Below are positions 21,046 to 29,979 of a DNA stretch of 64,000 bases, piece by piece. How positions within the stretch are numbered: position 1 is the first letter of the stretch; the number at the start of each line of letters is the position of its first letter. The DNA lies in NCBI GenBank assembly GCA_963833095.1, contig CAWHWQ010000008.1, forward strand, positions 96,001 through 160,000, read 5' to 3'. This DNA is from Vulcanimicrobiota bacterium. GTDB taxonomy: Bacteria > Vulcanimicrobiota > Vulcanimicrobiia > Vulcanimicrobiales > Vulcanimicrobiaceae. Both the position numbers and the translations under genes were made by a program. The notes below the pieces were generated by a model, which did no database searches, was not told the DNA's origin, and saw only the letters and a program-made list of their open reading frames with translations.

Positions 21046-22586
21046 TCGCGCTCGTGATGCTCGCGCTGCTTTGCGCGTGCTCGCGGCCGTCGTCGATTCC
21101 GGGCGTGCTACGTTTGGGGGAGCAAAACGAGCCCGATTCGCTCAATTTGATGTTCGGGCATTCGGCGGCTACCGATGAAATCGACGCGCTGCTCTTCACC
21201 CATCTGTTTCGCTTCGATGCCAACGGTACTATGATTCCTGATCTTGCGCTTTCCGTACCGACAACGCGCAACGGCGGCATCAGCTCCGACGGCCGCACAA
21301 TTACCCTGCATCTACGCCACGGCGTCAGTTGGTCGGATGGCGCACCGCTCACGGCTGCCGATTGGCTCTTCACCTATCACGCGGTGCTCAATCCGCGTAA
21401 CAACACAAAGTCAAACTACGGCTGGGATGCAATCGCGTCTGCGTCGGCGCCGGACCCGTACACGCTGATCATTCATTTGAAGAAGCCCAGCGTTGCGGTG
21501 CTCGGCATCCTCGGGATGGGCGGCGACGCGTATCCGCCGCTGCCGGCGCATTTGCTCGCATCGCTTCCGGATATCAATCGCGCGCCGTTCAACGAGCATC
21601 CGATTTCCAGCGGTCCGTACCTGCTCCAAGCCTGGAATCACGGCTCGTCCTTGATCTTCGTTCCCAACCCGCACTACTGGCGTGGCGCGCCAAAACTCAA
21701 AGAACTCGTCTGGACCCTCATTCCCGACAGCAACTCGATGCTTGCAGCGCTGCAGACGCACGCCATCGACATCTATCCCACCGTCGACGTGAATGCCGTC
21801 GCGGCACTTTCCAAGATTCCCGGAATCCGCGTGCTGCATCGCTCGGTTGCGAATTGGCGGCATCTCGGGATCAATATGAGCAAGCCCGGCCTTTCCGACC
21901 TGCGCGTGCGCCAGGCGATTGCGATAGGCATCGACTGGAAGCGTCTCAACGATACGGTCTATCACGGGATCAACCGGCTCGCCGTGTCCGACATCTTTCC
22001 AGACTCGTGGGCCGCGCCGTCGTTGCCGGCGTATCGTTACGATCCGACTCGCGCGCGCGCCCTGTTGGCAGCCGCTGGGTACGGCCCGGCGCATCCGTTG
22101 CACCTCAGTGTCTCCGCCACCGTTTCGGCTAAGAGTAACCAAGACGCGGAGCTCGTGATGCAATCCGATTTGCACCCGATCGGCATCGACTTGTCGATTC
22201 ACAATTATCCGGGCAGCGTGCTTTTTGCGCAAGATGGTCCGATGTATAAGGGCACCTACGATCTCGAGTGGTCAATCGATACCAACGGGCCCGATCCCGA
22301 CAACTCCCCCGACTGGAATTCGGCGTTCATTCCGCCCAAAGGCGCAAATACGTCGTGGCTGCGCGACCCGATCGTCGATCGCACCAGCGCTGCGGCCGCA
22401 GCGACCTTCGATCAAGCAGCGCGCAAACAGCTTTATCAAGAGGAAGAAGCGCGCATCCGTGCCCTCGTCCCGGCCGTCTTCTTCTATTGGGAGACCGCGT
22501 ACTATGGCGTGAGCGACGACGTGCGCGGTTTCAAGCCCGGCGCGTATATCGGCGACACGTGGAACGCTTGGGAGTGGAGCATCTGA
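21033..22586 (+). CDS. peptide ABC transporter substrate-binding lipoprotein (family 5)
   Basis: Lipobox LCAC; EPDSLN; LRHGVSWSDGAPLTAAD; SGPY; RVRQAI. Confidence 0.9.
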   Translation: MYRLIALVMLALLCACSRPSSIPGVLRLGEQNEPDSLNLMFGHSAATDEIDALLFTHLFRFDANGTMIPDLALSVPTTRNGGISSDGRTITLHLRHGVSWSDGAPLTAADWLFTYHAVLNPRNNTKSNYGWDAIASASAPDPYTLIIHLKKPSVAVLGILGMGGDAYPPLPAHLLASLPDINRAPFNEHPISSGPYLLQAWNHGSSLIFVPNPHYWRGAPKLKELVWTLIPDSNSMLAALQTHAIDIYPTVDVNAVAALSKIPGIRVLHRSVANWRHLGINMSKPGLSDLRVRQAIAIGIDWKRLNDTVYHGINRLAVSDIFPDSWAAPSLPAYRYDPTRARALLAAAGYGPAHPLHLSVSATVSAKSNQDAELVMQSDLHPIGIDLSIHNYPGSVLFAQDGPMYKGTYDLEWSIDTNGPDPDNSPDWNSAFIPPKGANTSWLRDPIVDRTSAAAAATFDQAARKQLYQEEEARIRALVPAVFFYWETAYYGVSDDVRGFKPGAYIGDTWNAWEWSI

Positions 22587-23455
22587 TGTTCGCGCAAGCG
22601 CTCAACGTACGCGGTGGAGCAATCCTGCGATTCGACCCGGTCCGCGGCGGGGTCATCAGCTGGAATACCTATGCGCCCAGTGGGACGCTGCGCTTTCGCG
22701 TGTTGCGCGCCGGTACGCCGGCCAGCGCCTGGTACGACTACACGCAATGGCAGAGCAGCGGACGCAAATCGTTTAGCCCGACCTCCGACCGCGACGGCAT
22801 CACGGTTGACGTCGACGTGCTCAGCGCCGAGCAGCCCTTCGACGGAATCGAGCTCGTTGCCGAAGACATCGACTTCACGCTCCTCGCGTTCGCTGCGCCG
22901 CAGCGTCCCGAACCGTCGCTTCCCTACGCGCGCGACGCGATAATTCTCGACGTGCCCGCGCGCACGCAATATGTTCTCGAAGAAGAACGCGGCTGGTGCA
23001 GCGCCGCAAGCCTCTCAATGGTCAATGCGTATCATGGTATCGATCGCCCGGTAGAAGAAACGGCGCGCGCGGTGCTCGATCGCGCGTACAACGGGACCGG
23101 CAACTGGGCGTTCAATACGGCGTACAGCGGCAGTCTGGGACTTCGCGCGGCGGTGGCCTATCTGCAAAACCTCGATCAGGCGGCGCGCCTGATCGAGCGC
23201 AACATTCCGCTGGTGATTTCGTACTCGTGGCGCGAGGGCGAACTTCCCGGCGCACCGCTGCCGCATTCCGACGGGCATCTCGCGGTGCTCCGCGGCTTCA
23301 CCGAAAACGGTGACTGCGCGATCAACGATCCCGCCGCACCGGGCGTGCGAGTAGTCTACCCACGCAGCGCAGTCGAGGCCATTTGGCAGCGCAATAATGG
23401 CGTCGCCTATGTGATTGCGCCGGCCGGCCTCGACTACGCGAGCGTGCTTGCGTGA
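22586..23455 (+). CDS. peptidase C39-like (papain-fold) protein
   Basis: Q...WCSAASLSM (Cys), GHLAVLRGF (His), INDP (Asp); GNWAFNTAY. Confidence 0.8.
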   Translation: MFAQALNVRGGAILRFDPVRGGVISWNTYAPSGTLRFRVLRAGTPASAWYDYTQWQSSGRKSFSPTSDRDGITVDVDVLSAEQPFDGIELVAEDIDFTLLAFAAPQRPEPSLPYARDAIILDVPARTQYVLEEERGWCSAASLSMVNAYHGIDRPVEETARAVLDRAYNGTGNWAFNTAYSGSLGLRAAVAYLQNLDQAARLIERNIPLVISYSWREGELPGAPLPHSDGHLAVLRGFTENGDCAINDPAAPGVRVVYPRSAVEAIWQRNNGVAYVIAPAGLDYASVLA

Positions 23456-23967
23456 CGCAACCGCGCGAACGGGTGCGCGCTATCGAGGACGTCCAGGACG
23501 CGCCGCTGCATATTGCGCTCGTCGAACCCGAGATTCCACCGAACACCGGAAACGTTGCGCGTCTTTGCGCAGCAACCGGGTGCGCATTGCATTTGATCGA
23601 GCCCCTCGGCTTCTCGATCGACGACCGCGAACTCAAGCGCGCGGGTCTGGATTACTGGCACACGATCGACGTGGTGGTGCACCCGTCGCTGGATGTTTTT
23701 CTCGAACGCACGGCCGATCGCACTCGCTGGTTTCTCTCTGCGCATGCGCAGCGGCCATATGCGCAGGCTCCGTTTTCCCGCGGTGACATATTGGTGTTTG
23801 GGCGCGAGACCAAAGGGCTTCCGCGCGAGCTGCTCGCGCGCGATCCCGAACACGCGCTGCGCATCCCGATGCGCGAAGGCAGCGTGCGCAGCATCAATCT
23901 GTCGACGGCAGTCGGCATCGTCGCCTACGCAGCACTCGCCGCGCTCGACTTTCCCGGCCTGAAGTGA
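23452..23967 (+). CDS. trmL: tRNA (cytidine(34)-2'-O)-methyltransferase
   Basis: EPEIPPNTGN, KRAGLDYW, FGRETKGLP, RSINLS. Confidence 0.95.
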   Translation: MTQPRERVRAIEDVQDAPLHIALVEPEIPPNTGNVARLCAATGCALHLIEPLGFSIDDRELKRAGLDYWHTIDVVVHPSLDVFLERTADRTRWFLSAHAQRPYAQAPFSRGDILVFGRETKGLPRELLARDPEHALRIPMREGSVRSINLSTAVGIVAYAALAALDFPGLK

Positions 23968-24731
23968 ACGTTCGTCCAACCGCGGTCGACTTCAACCGGT
24001 TCTTTCACGGCGGCGCGTTCGGTGCGCACGACATTTTCACAAAGGGTTCGTTCGCTGATTTCGTGCACCGCAATGACATTAATCTTGGTCAAGCGATTGC
24101 AGTTAAAGAGGGTGCGGTCGTTCTCGGAGCGCTCGCTTTTGGCGTGCGCGGCACGCGCGCTTGGTTCGGACTCATCGGCGTCGATCCGCAGTACCGGCGC
24201 GAAGGCATTGCCGCGCGGATGATGGTGGACGCTATCGCGGCGGTGCACGCACAGGGCGTGCGGACGATCGAGCTTGAGGTGAACCAGCGCAATCCCGCGC
24301 CCAAGGCGCTATGCGAGAGCTTCGGTTTCTCGCAGCGCGGCGAGCTGTTCGTCTGGGCGCGCGATTCGACCGGCCAGGCGCCGACGCTGCCGACACGCCG
24401 ATATCCCGAGCCCGCCGTCCGCGCAGTCGCGCAGATTCGGTCCGTCTGCTGGCAGCGAGAACCACGCAGCCTTGCGCGAGCCGGTCCGCTCGCGCTGCTC
24501 ACGCTCCCCGGCGCTTACGCATATGTAAGCATTAACAACGAATTCGCAAACGTGCTCGATGCGGGAGCGCACGACGCCGTTCGCGCCCGGGAACTCGTGG
24601 ATGCCCTCAATGACCGCGTACCGCACGACATCACGCTCAACAACGAGCCCGGCGATTCGCCCTTAAGTGATGCCTTGCGGGATCGCGGGTGGCGCATTGT
24701 CGAACGGCAATACCTCATGGTGCGCACATAA
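23964..24731 (+). CDS. GNAT acetyltransferase
   Basis: IGVDPQYRREGIA acetyl-CoA motif; LEVNQRNPAPKALCESFGF. Confidence 0.8.
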   Translation: MNVRPTAVDFNRFFHGGAFGAHDIFTKGSFADFVHRNDINLGQAIAVKEGAVVLGALAFGVRGTRAWFGLIGVDPQYRREGIAARMMVDAIAAVHAQGVRTIELEVNQRNPAPKALCESFGFSQRGELFVWARDSTGQAPTLPTRRYPEPAVRAVAQIRSVCWQREPRSLARAGPLALLTLPGAYAYVSINNEFANVLDAGAHDAVRARELVDALNDRVPHDITLNNEPGDSPLSDALRDRGWRIVERQYLMVRT

Positions 24732-25528
24732 TGAAACGCCCCGCCGTCTACGTCGGCAACAATCGCGTGTTGCTCTGGACCAAAAACAACTACAAGATGT
24801 TCGTCGACTCACGCGACGTCTCGATCGCGCCGCATCTGATCCTCGAAGGGGTCTACGAAGAACACACTGATGCGGCGCTTCGCCGCCTGGTTTCTCCGGG
24901 CATGAACGTGGTTGAGATCGGCGCGAACGTGGGACTCTTCACGCTGCTGATGTGTCATCGCGCCGGCTCGAGCGGCTCGGTCTATGCCTTCGAGTGCGAT
25001 CCCGTGCTCGCCCAGATCGCGCGCGACAACCTGGAATTAAACGGCTTTTCGCGGATCGGCACGATCGATGAGCGCGCAATCAGCAACCAGATCGGCACGT
25101 TGAGCTTTCGCGCGACGACACGGCATCGTGGCGGCGGCACGCTGGTCGCCGGCCTACAGCAAATTCCCGAACTGACTGAGAGCGAACGCGAGACCATCGC
25201 CGTGCAAGCCGTAACCCTCGACGACTTTCTCGCCGGATACGATCGAAGGATCGACTTTATGAAAATCGATGCGGAAGGCGCGGAAACCGACATCATCGCC
25301 GGCGGACGGCGCATCTTCGCTGATCCGGGTTATCGCGTCACGGTGATGATGGAATTCGCGCCGCGGTTCATGCGCGAAGCCGGCATGGATCCGGCCACGC
25401 AACTCGACGAGCTTTGCTCGTGGGGCTTTACGTTTTCACGCATCGATGATCGGCGGCGTAAGCTCGCGCCAACGGATGCAGCGTACCTGCTCGGGCAAGA
25501 ATTTTCCGACATAGTGATGACGCGCTAA
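24731..25528 (+). CDS. FkbM-family methyltransferase
   Basis: VEIGANVG, YAFEC, MKIDAEGAE. Confidence 0.88.
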   Translation: MKRPAVYVGNNRVLLWTKNNYKMFVDSRDVSIAPHLILEGVYEEHTDAALRRLVSPGMNVVEIGANVGLFTLLMCHRAGSSGSVYAFECDPVLAQIARDNLELNGFSRIGTIDERAISNQIGTLSFRATTRHRGGGTLVAGLQQIPELTESERETIAVQAVTLDDFLAGYDRRIDFMKIDAEGAETDIIAGGRRIFADPGYRVTVMMEFAPRFMREAGMDPATQLDELCSWGFTFSRIDDRRRKLAPTDAAYLLGQEFSDIVMTR

Positions 25529-25532
25529 GGCT

Positions 25533-25554
25533 TTGTCATCCTGAACGTAGCGAG
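25533..25554 (+). repeat. REP-like repeat (TGTCATCC type), left copy
   Basis: TTGTCATCCTGAACGTAGCGAG; inverted partner at 25801-25823. Confidence 0.65.
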
Positions 25555-25766
25555 CGCTGCAATGAACGCCAACGGTACAGCGCGAGAATGAGAAACAACA
25601 CACCAAACGCCACCCAGACATACGCAAAGTGATACGACGTTCCCCGGACGACAAGATTCCAGACTCCGAGTAGCAGAAATGCAATGCCCATCACGAGATT
25701 TTGGATCACGGACCGGCGCTCAAAGCGCAATGCCTTCGCTCGACCCGCATCATCTTCAGTAATCAT
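25536..25766 (-). CDS. small 2-TM membrane protein
   Basis: 76 aa with two hydrophobic segments; stop codon lies inside the REP copy. Confidence 0.6.
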   Translation of the reverse strand: MITEDDAGRAKALRFERRSVIQNLVMGIAFLLLGVWNLVVRGTSYHFAYVWVAFGVLFLILALYRWRSLQRSLRSG

Positions 25767-25800
25767 GCCCGACCATTTTCGCGCCCTCTGGCGGCGGGCC

Positions 25801-25823
25801 CTCGACTACGCTCGGGATGACAA
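25801..25823 (-). repeat. REP-like repeat (TGTCATCC type), right copy
   Basis: Reverse complement TTGTCATCCCGAGCGTAGTCGAG. Confidence 0.65.
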
Positions 25824-27035
25824 GGTGTCGGCGAGTGATGCCGGTTTGGGCATGAAAAGCGAGCCGCCAAGCGCGAGGACTGCGAAGACTGCGATCGTTA
25901 TGAAAACGCTGACCAGGCCGAGCTGATCTCCGATGTGACCGAAGATCGGCGCGGCGATGCCGCCGATCGTGTTGGCAAGGCCAAGGGTCATACCGGATGC
26001 GATGCCGATTGACTTCGGCAGATATTCCTGACCGAGTACAACCAACACGCCGGCCGACAACCCGACCGAAACGCCGAAGAGCGCCGAGAGAATAATCATC
26101 GGCACAACCAGGTGGAATGCGGCGCCGGTAAGCGCGATGGCAAGACCGAAGATTGCCGTAAAGATCATCGAAAGCGTGATAACCCGGCGGCGATCGAAGC
26201 GCTCGCCGAGCAGTCCACCGGCCATCGTGCCGATCGCGCCGCCGCTCAGCAGTGCAAAGAGGGCGAAGGATTGCAAGAACGGATTGACGTGCACAACGCG
26301 CAACATGAAGACCGGCGTGAACGTTACCGCAGCCAAGAAAGTCGTCGAGCGTAGTGCGACCACGACCGACATAATTGAGAATCCGCGCCAGTCGTTGTGA
26401 CCAGGTCGCTCACGATGGGCGCGATGCGCCTTCGCGCGAACCTCGTTGAATCGGGGGAGTTCGCGCACGAGCAACGCGGCCACAACGCACGCCGGGATCA
26501 GTAAGAACGCAACGCCACGTAAGCCGAACGCAAGCATCAGCGGCGTGGCGAGTACCGGGCCGGCAGCAAAGCCGATGTAGCCGCCAACGGTGAAGAAACT
26601 CATGCCCGCCGAGCGTTTGCGGCCGGCGAAATAATTCGAGAAGCGCGAGCCTTCGGGATGAAACGCGGCGACCGCGAAGCCCATCAGCATTGCCCCCGCA
26701 AGCATCAACGGCAGTGTAGGCGCGAAGCCGATGAGCGCCGTGCCGGAGGCGGCCACGACCACGCCCGCCGGGATCACCCATGCGGTGGGATACTTGTCGG
26801 AGAGGTGGCCGAAGGCCAGCTGCACCACCGAGCCCAGCAGATTCGAAGCCAGGACCAGGGTCGCGGCTACGGCGAGGGTCAGGTGGCGCTGCGTGACCAG
26901 AAAAGGGATCATGACCGGCAGCACGCCCTGATTGAGATCGGTGAAAGCATGGGCTACGGTCAGCAATCGGAGGCCCGCCCGGTCCGTCGAGGGCATGACG
27001 GACGGCTGGGCGAGCGAGGGCGCGCTAGCGGTCAC
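25806..27035 (-). CDS. MFS transporter (Fsr-like)
   Basis: AHAFTDLNQG, FGHLSDK, AAFHPEGSR, FFTVGGYIG; start approximate. Confidence 0.85.
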   Translation of the reverse strand: MTASAPSLAQPSVMPSTDRAGLRLLTVAHAFTDLNQGVLPVMIPFLVTQRHLTLAVAATLVLASNLLGSVVQLAFGHLSDKYPTAWVIPAGVVVAASGTALIGFAPTLPLMLAGAMLMGFAVAAFHPEGSRFSNYFAGRKRSAGMSFFTVGGYIGFAAGPVLATPLMLAFGLRGVAFLLIPACVVAALLVRELPRFNEVRAKAHRAHRERPGHNDWRGFSIMSVVVALRSTTFLAAVTFTPVFMLRVVHVNPFLQSFALFALLSGGAIGTMAGGLLGERFDRRRVITLSMIFTAIFGLAIALTGAAFHLVVPMIILSALFGVSVGLSAGVLVVLGQEYLPKSIGIASGMTLGLANTIGGIAAPIFGHIGDQLGLVSVFITIAVFAVLALGGSLFMPKPASLADTLSSRA

Positions 27036-27109
27036 CACCTCAGTCTCCCACGCAGTGGCCCATAAGTCCAATACATAATTAGACTCGATTTGATAATATA
27101 AATGCATCT

Positions 27110-28006
27110 ATGGAATTTCGCCAGCTTCGCGCGGCGGTGACCATCGCGCGGCGGCTCAGCTTTACGGCCGCAGCCGAGGAACTTGCCGTGGCCCAGCCCG
27201 CCCTTTCGCAGCAGATCGCAGCGCTCGAGCGCGAACTGGGGGTACGGCTGTTCGAGCGAACGAACCGGCGGGTCGCGCTGACCGATGCGGGGCGAGCTTT
27301 CGTCGCCCGGGCCGAGCGCGTGATCGGCGACCTCGAGGCCGCCGCACAGGAGATGACCGCCTTCGCCGGCGGGCTACGCGGACGCGTTGTCGTAGGAACC
27401 TATCAGTCGTTCGCGGAGCACTTACTCCCGAAATTGCTCGGGCGATTCCACGCAGAACAGCCCGGCATCGAGGTGGCGATGCGTGAAGGCATGGCCGACG
27501 AGCTCCTGAGCCGGCTCGCGAGCGGTACCATCGATGTCTTCATCGGCCATCTCGCCGGCGCCAGCCTGTTACCCGGCTTTCGAGCCGAACCGTTGTACGA
27601 AGACGAGCTCGTGGTCGCGGTGGCGGCGCGTCACCCGCTTGCGGCGCGCTCGACGGTGCGCATCGAAGAGCTGCGCGACGAGCCGTTCGTGATTTTCCGT
27701 CCGGGTTCGGCAAGCACACACCTCCTCAATCAACTGGCGCGCGCAGCCGGCTTCGAACCGCGCGTCGCGTTCGAAAGCGAAGACTCGCTTACGGTGCGTT
27801 CGCTGGTGGCTGAAGGCCTCGGGATTGCACTCTATCCGCGCATGATCGGCAACACGCCCGGTCCCAACGTTGCGCTCCTCTCAGTCGTGCCGCAACGCAT
27901 CATGCGCACGATGTCGCTCGTTACGCGCAACAGTCCGAACGGACCGGGCGCGACGCGCTTCATCGATTTCATCCGGAGCTCGATCGACGATCTCTCCATT
28001 CCCTAG
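27110..28006 (+). CDS. LysR-family transcriptional regulator
   Basis: SFTAAAEELAVAQPALSQQIAALERELGVRLFER; divergent from the MFS gene across an AT-rich spacer. Confidence 0.95.
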   Translation: MEFRQLRAAVTIARRLSFTAAAEELAVAQPALSQQIAALERELGVRLFERTNRRVALTDAGRAFVARAERVIGDLEAAAQEMTAFAGGLRGRVVVGTYQSFAEHLLPKLLGRFHAEQPGIEVAMREGMADELLSRLASGTIDVFIGHLAGASLLPGFRAEPLYEDELVVAVAARHPLAARSTVRIEELRDEPFVIFRPGSASTHLLNQLARAAGFEPRVAFESEDSLTVRSLVAEGLGIALYPRMIGNTPGPNVALLSVVPQRIMRTMSLVTRNSPNGPGATRFIDFIRSSIDDLSIP

Positions 28007-28538
28007 CGGTGATTTCCCAACGTTCGCTTGCAAATCGTCCCCCGACATAATCCTTCTCGAAGACGCCGACGCATCGCATGCCGCTCTTCTCAGAGATACG
28101 CCGCGAGCCGACGTTGTCGACCGCCTTTGCGACACGCAGTACGTCGAATTGCAAAACGCCGAACCAATAGTCGGTGACCGCCTCGACCGCTTCACTCATC
28201 AGGCCCGCCCGTTGCCACGGTACACCCAGCCAAAATCCGCGATTGTCCTCCGTACCCGCGCGCAAACTTGCGAGACCAATAATCTGCTGCGGCGCGTTTC
28301 GAAGGCGCAGCGTCCAATGCCATTGCTCGGCGCGCTCCACCGCCGGCAGCGCCACATCGCGAATGTAGCTCAAAGCGCCGTCCTCGGGGTAGGGCCACGG
28401 AATCGCGGTGGCCATATAACGGACGATCTCCCAATGCGGAAAGATCCGTTGGATCTGCTTTGCATCATCCTGGCGCAGGGGCAGAAGAACCAAGCGACGC
28501 GTCTCGAGCGGCACAATTGCCGAGGTCACACCGGGCAT
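27969..28538 (-). CDS. GNAT acetyltransferase (RimJ/RimL-like)
   Basis: LETRRLVL, GFWLGVPWQRAGLMSEA, NVGSRRISEKSGM. Confidence 0.85.
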   Translation of the reverse strand: MPGVTSAIVPLETRRLVLLPLRQDDAKQIQRIFPHWEIVRYMATAIPWPYPEDGALSYIRDVALPAVERAEQWHWTLRLRNAPQQIIGLASLRAGTEDNRGFWLGVPWQRAGLMSEAVEAVTDYWFGVLQFDVLRVAKAVDNVGSRRISEKSGMRCVGVFEKDYVGGRFASERWEITAREWRDRRSSSG

Positions 28539-28576
28539 GATTCCGACCTTGGCGCGTGCAATCCGGCAAACTCGCC

Positions 28577-29279
28577 ATGCCGACGTTGAAATCCATCGAG
28601 CGCGCAGTTGTTGCGTGCGAGCGCTGCCCTGAGCTGCGCGCCTATTGCGCGCAGGTTGCGCGCGAGAAGCGCCGCGCCTATGCCGACCAACCGTATTGGG
28701 GGAAGCCGGTGCCGTCGTTCGGCGATCCCAAAGCCCGCGTCATGCTGGTCGGCCTCGCGCCCGGCGCGCACGGCAGCAATCGCACCGGGCGTCCGTTCAC
28801 CGGCGATGCGTCCGGCGATTTCCTCTATCCGGCACTGTATCGCGCGGGCTTTGCTTCGCAGCCGAAGGCCGTCGATCGCCGCGACGGTCTCAACCTTCAC
28901 GACTGCATCATTACCGCTGCCGGGCGCTGCGCGCCGCCGCAAAACAAACCGACGCCGCAACAACTGCGCAATTGCTTTCCGTATCTTCTCGACGAGTTCG
29001 ATGCACTGCCGACCCTGCAGGTTACTGATTGGCCTAGGATCGATCGGATTCGATGCGATCCTCAAAGTGCTGCGCGAGCGCGGCTACTCGTTTGAATCAC
29101 CGCCGGTTTTTGGTCATGGCGCTGAAACCGTCGCAACGAATGGGGCACGCCGTATCACCGTCATCGCGTCATACCACCCGAGCCGCCAGAACACCAACAC
29201 CGGCAAACTGACCGTGCCGATGTTCGATGCGATCTTTACGAGGGCGAAGCAGTTGCTGCGGGCGAAGCGCCCGGCATAA
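28577..29279 (+). CDS. uracil-DNA glycosylase, family 5 (UdgB-like; frameshifted)
   Basis: CERCPEL, GLAPGAHGSNRTGRPFTGD, RCAPPQNKP, YHPSRQNTNTG. Confidence 0.9.
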
Positions 29280-29625
29280 CGGGACGGCCGCACAGATCGG
29301 TGAGTTGGGTCAGGCCGTCTTTATATTCGCGCACTTGCGTGCGCGGATCGGGATTGGGATCGCCGAAATCTTTGCGCGCATCTTGAAACGCCTTCACGCG
29401 AACGTCGTCGCTGGGTGCGCGTACGACGACGATCGAAGCCGGCGTGCCGTCGGCGTTGGCCTGTACGACGAGATCCGCGCCGTCGAGCGAAAGCTCGCGC
29501 ACCTCGCACGAGCGCAGCGCGTCCGGTGAGGTTTCTGGCGAAGGAGTAGCGTCGCTCTGCGCACGGCTGCCGGCGCACCCGGCAATTGCGATGAGCGCTA
29601 TTGGAAGGAGAGCGTTCGCCCGCAC
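29236..29625 (-). CDS. lipoprotein, hypothetical
   Basis: Lipobox IAGC; C-terminal DLCGR. Confidence 0.65.
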   Translation of the reverse strand: MRANALLPIALIAIAGCAGSRAQSDATPSPETSPDALRSCEVRELSLDGADLVVQANADGTPASIVVVRAPSDDVRVKAFQDARKDFGDPNPDPRTQVREYKDGLTQLTDLCGRPVMPGASPAATASPS

Positions 29626-29972
29626 GAATCGACCGCTTTATCGGGAATCATCATTCCACCGCTTCCACCGGGTTTGAATGAGACGATTTTAAGCGGCGGC
29701 GCGTGGCTCGCCTCCGGACCGTACGTGTTTTCGAGGTCCTTTTCCATATTGTTGACTTCTTCGGGGTTTTCTTTCGAGTCAACGATTTCGAATTTCTGGA
29801 CCGCACCGTTCTTCGCCCAAAGGACACGGATTTGGATCCCTTGGTCGTTGGTGTAGAGGTGTTCGCCGCATGATGGTCCCGCCGTCACCGCTCGCGCGGG
29901 AAGCGTAAGCAGACCGAACAGCGCGAGCAGTGCGCCGGCGGTCGCCACGCTGGTGACGAGTCGAAGGTTCAC
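29598..29972 (-). CDS. secreted hypothetical protein
   Basis: GTG start, signal peptide ending ARA; C-terminal DSCGR. Confidence 0.6.
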   Translation of the reverse strand: MNLRLVTSVATAGALLALFGLLTLPARAVTAGPSCGEHLYTNDQGIQIRVLWAKNGAVQKFEIVDSKENPEEVNNMEKDLENTYGPEASHAPPLKIVSFKPGGSGGMMIPDKAVDSCGRTLSFQ

Positions 29973-29979
29973 GTTACGA

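Noticed and set aside
27062..27076. LysR T-N11-A box
   Set aside because: Plausible but too degenerate to call in an AT-rich spacer
29000..29060. Split uracil-DNA glycosylase
   Set aside because: A single indel joins two halves of a normal family-5 UDG
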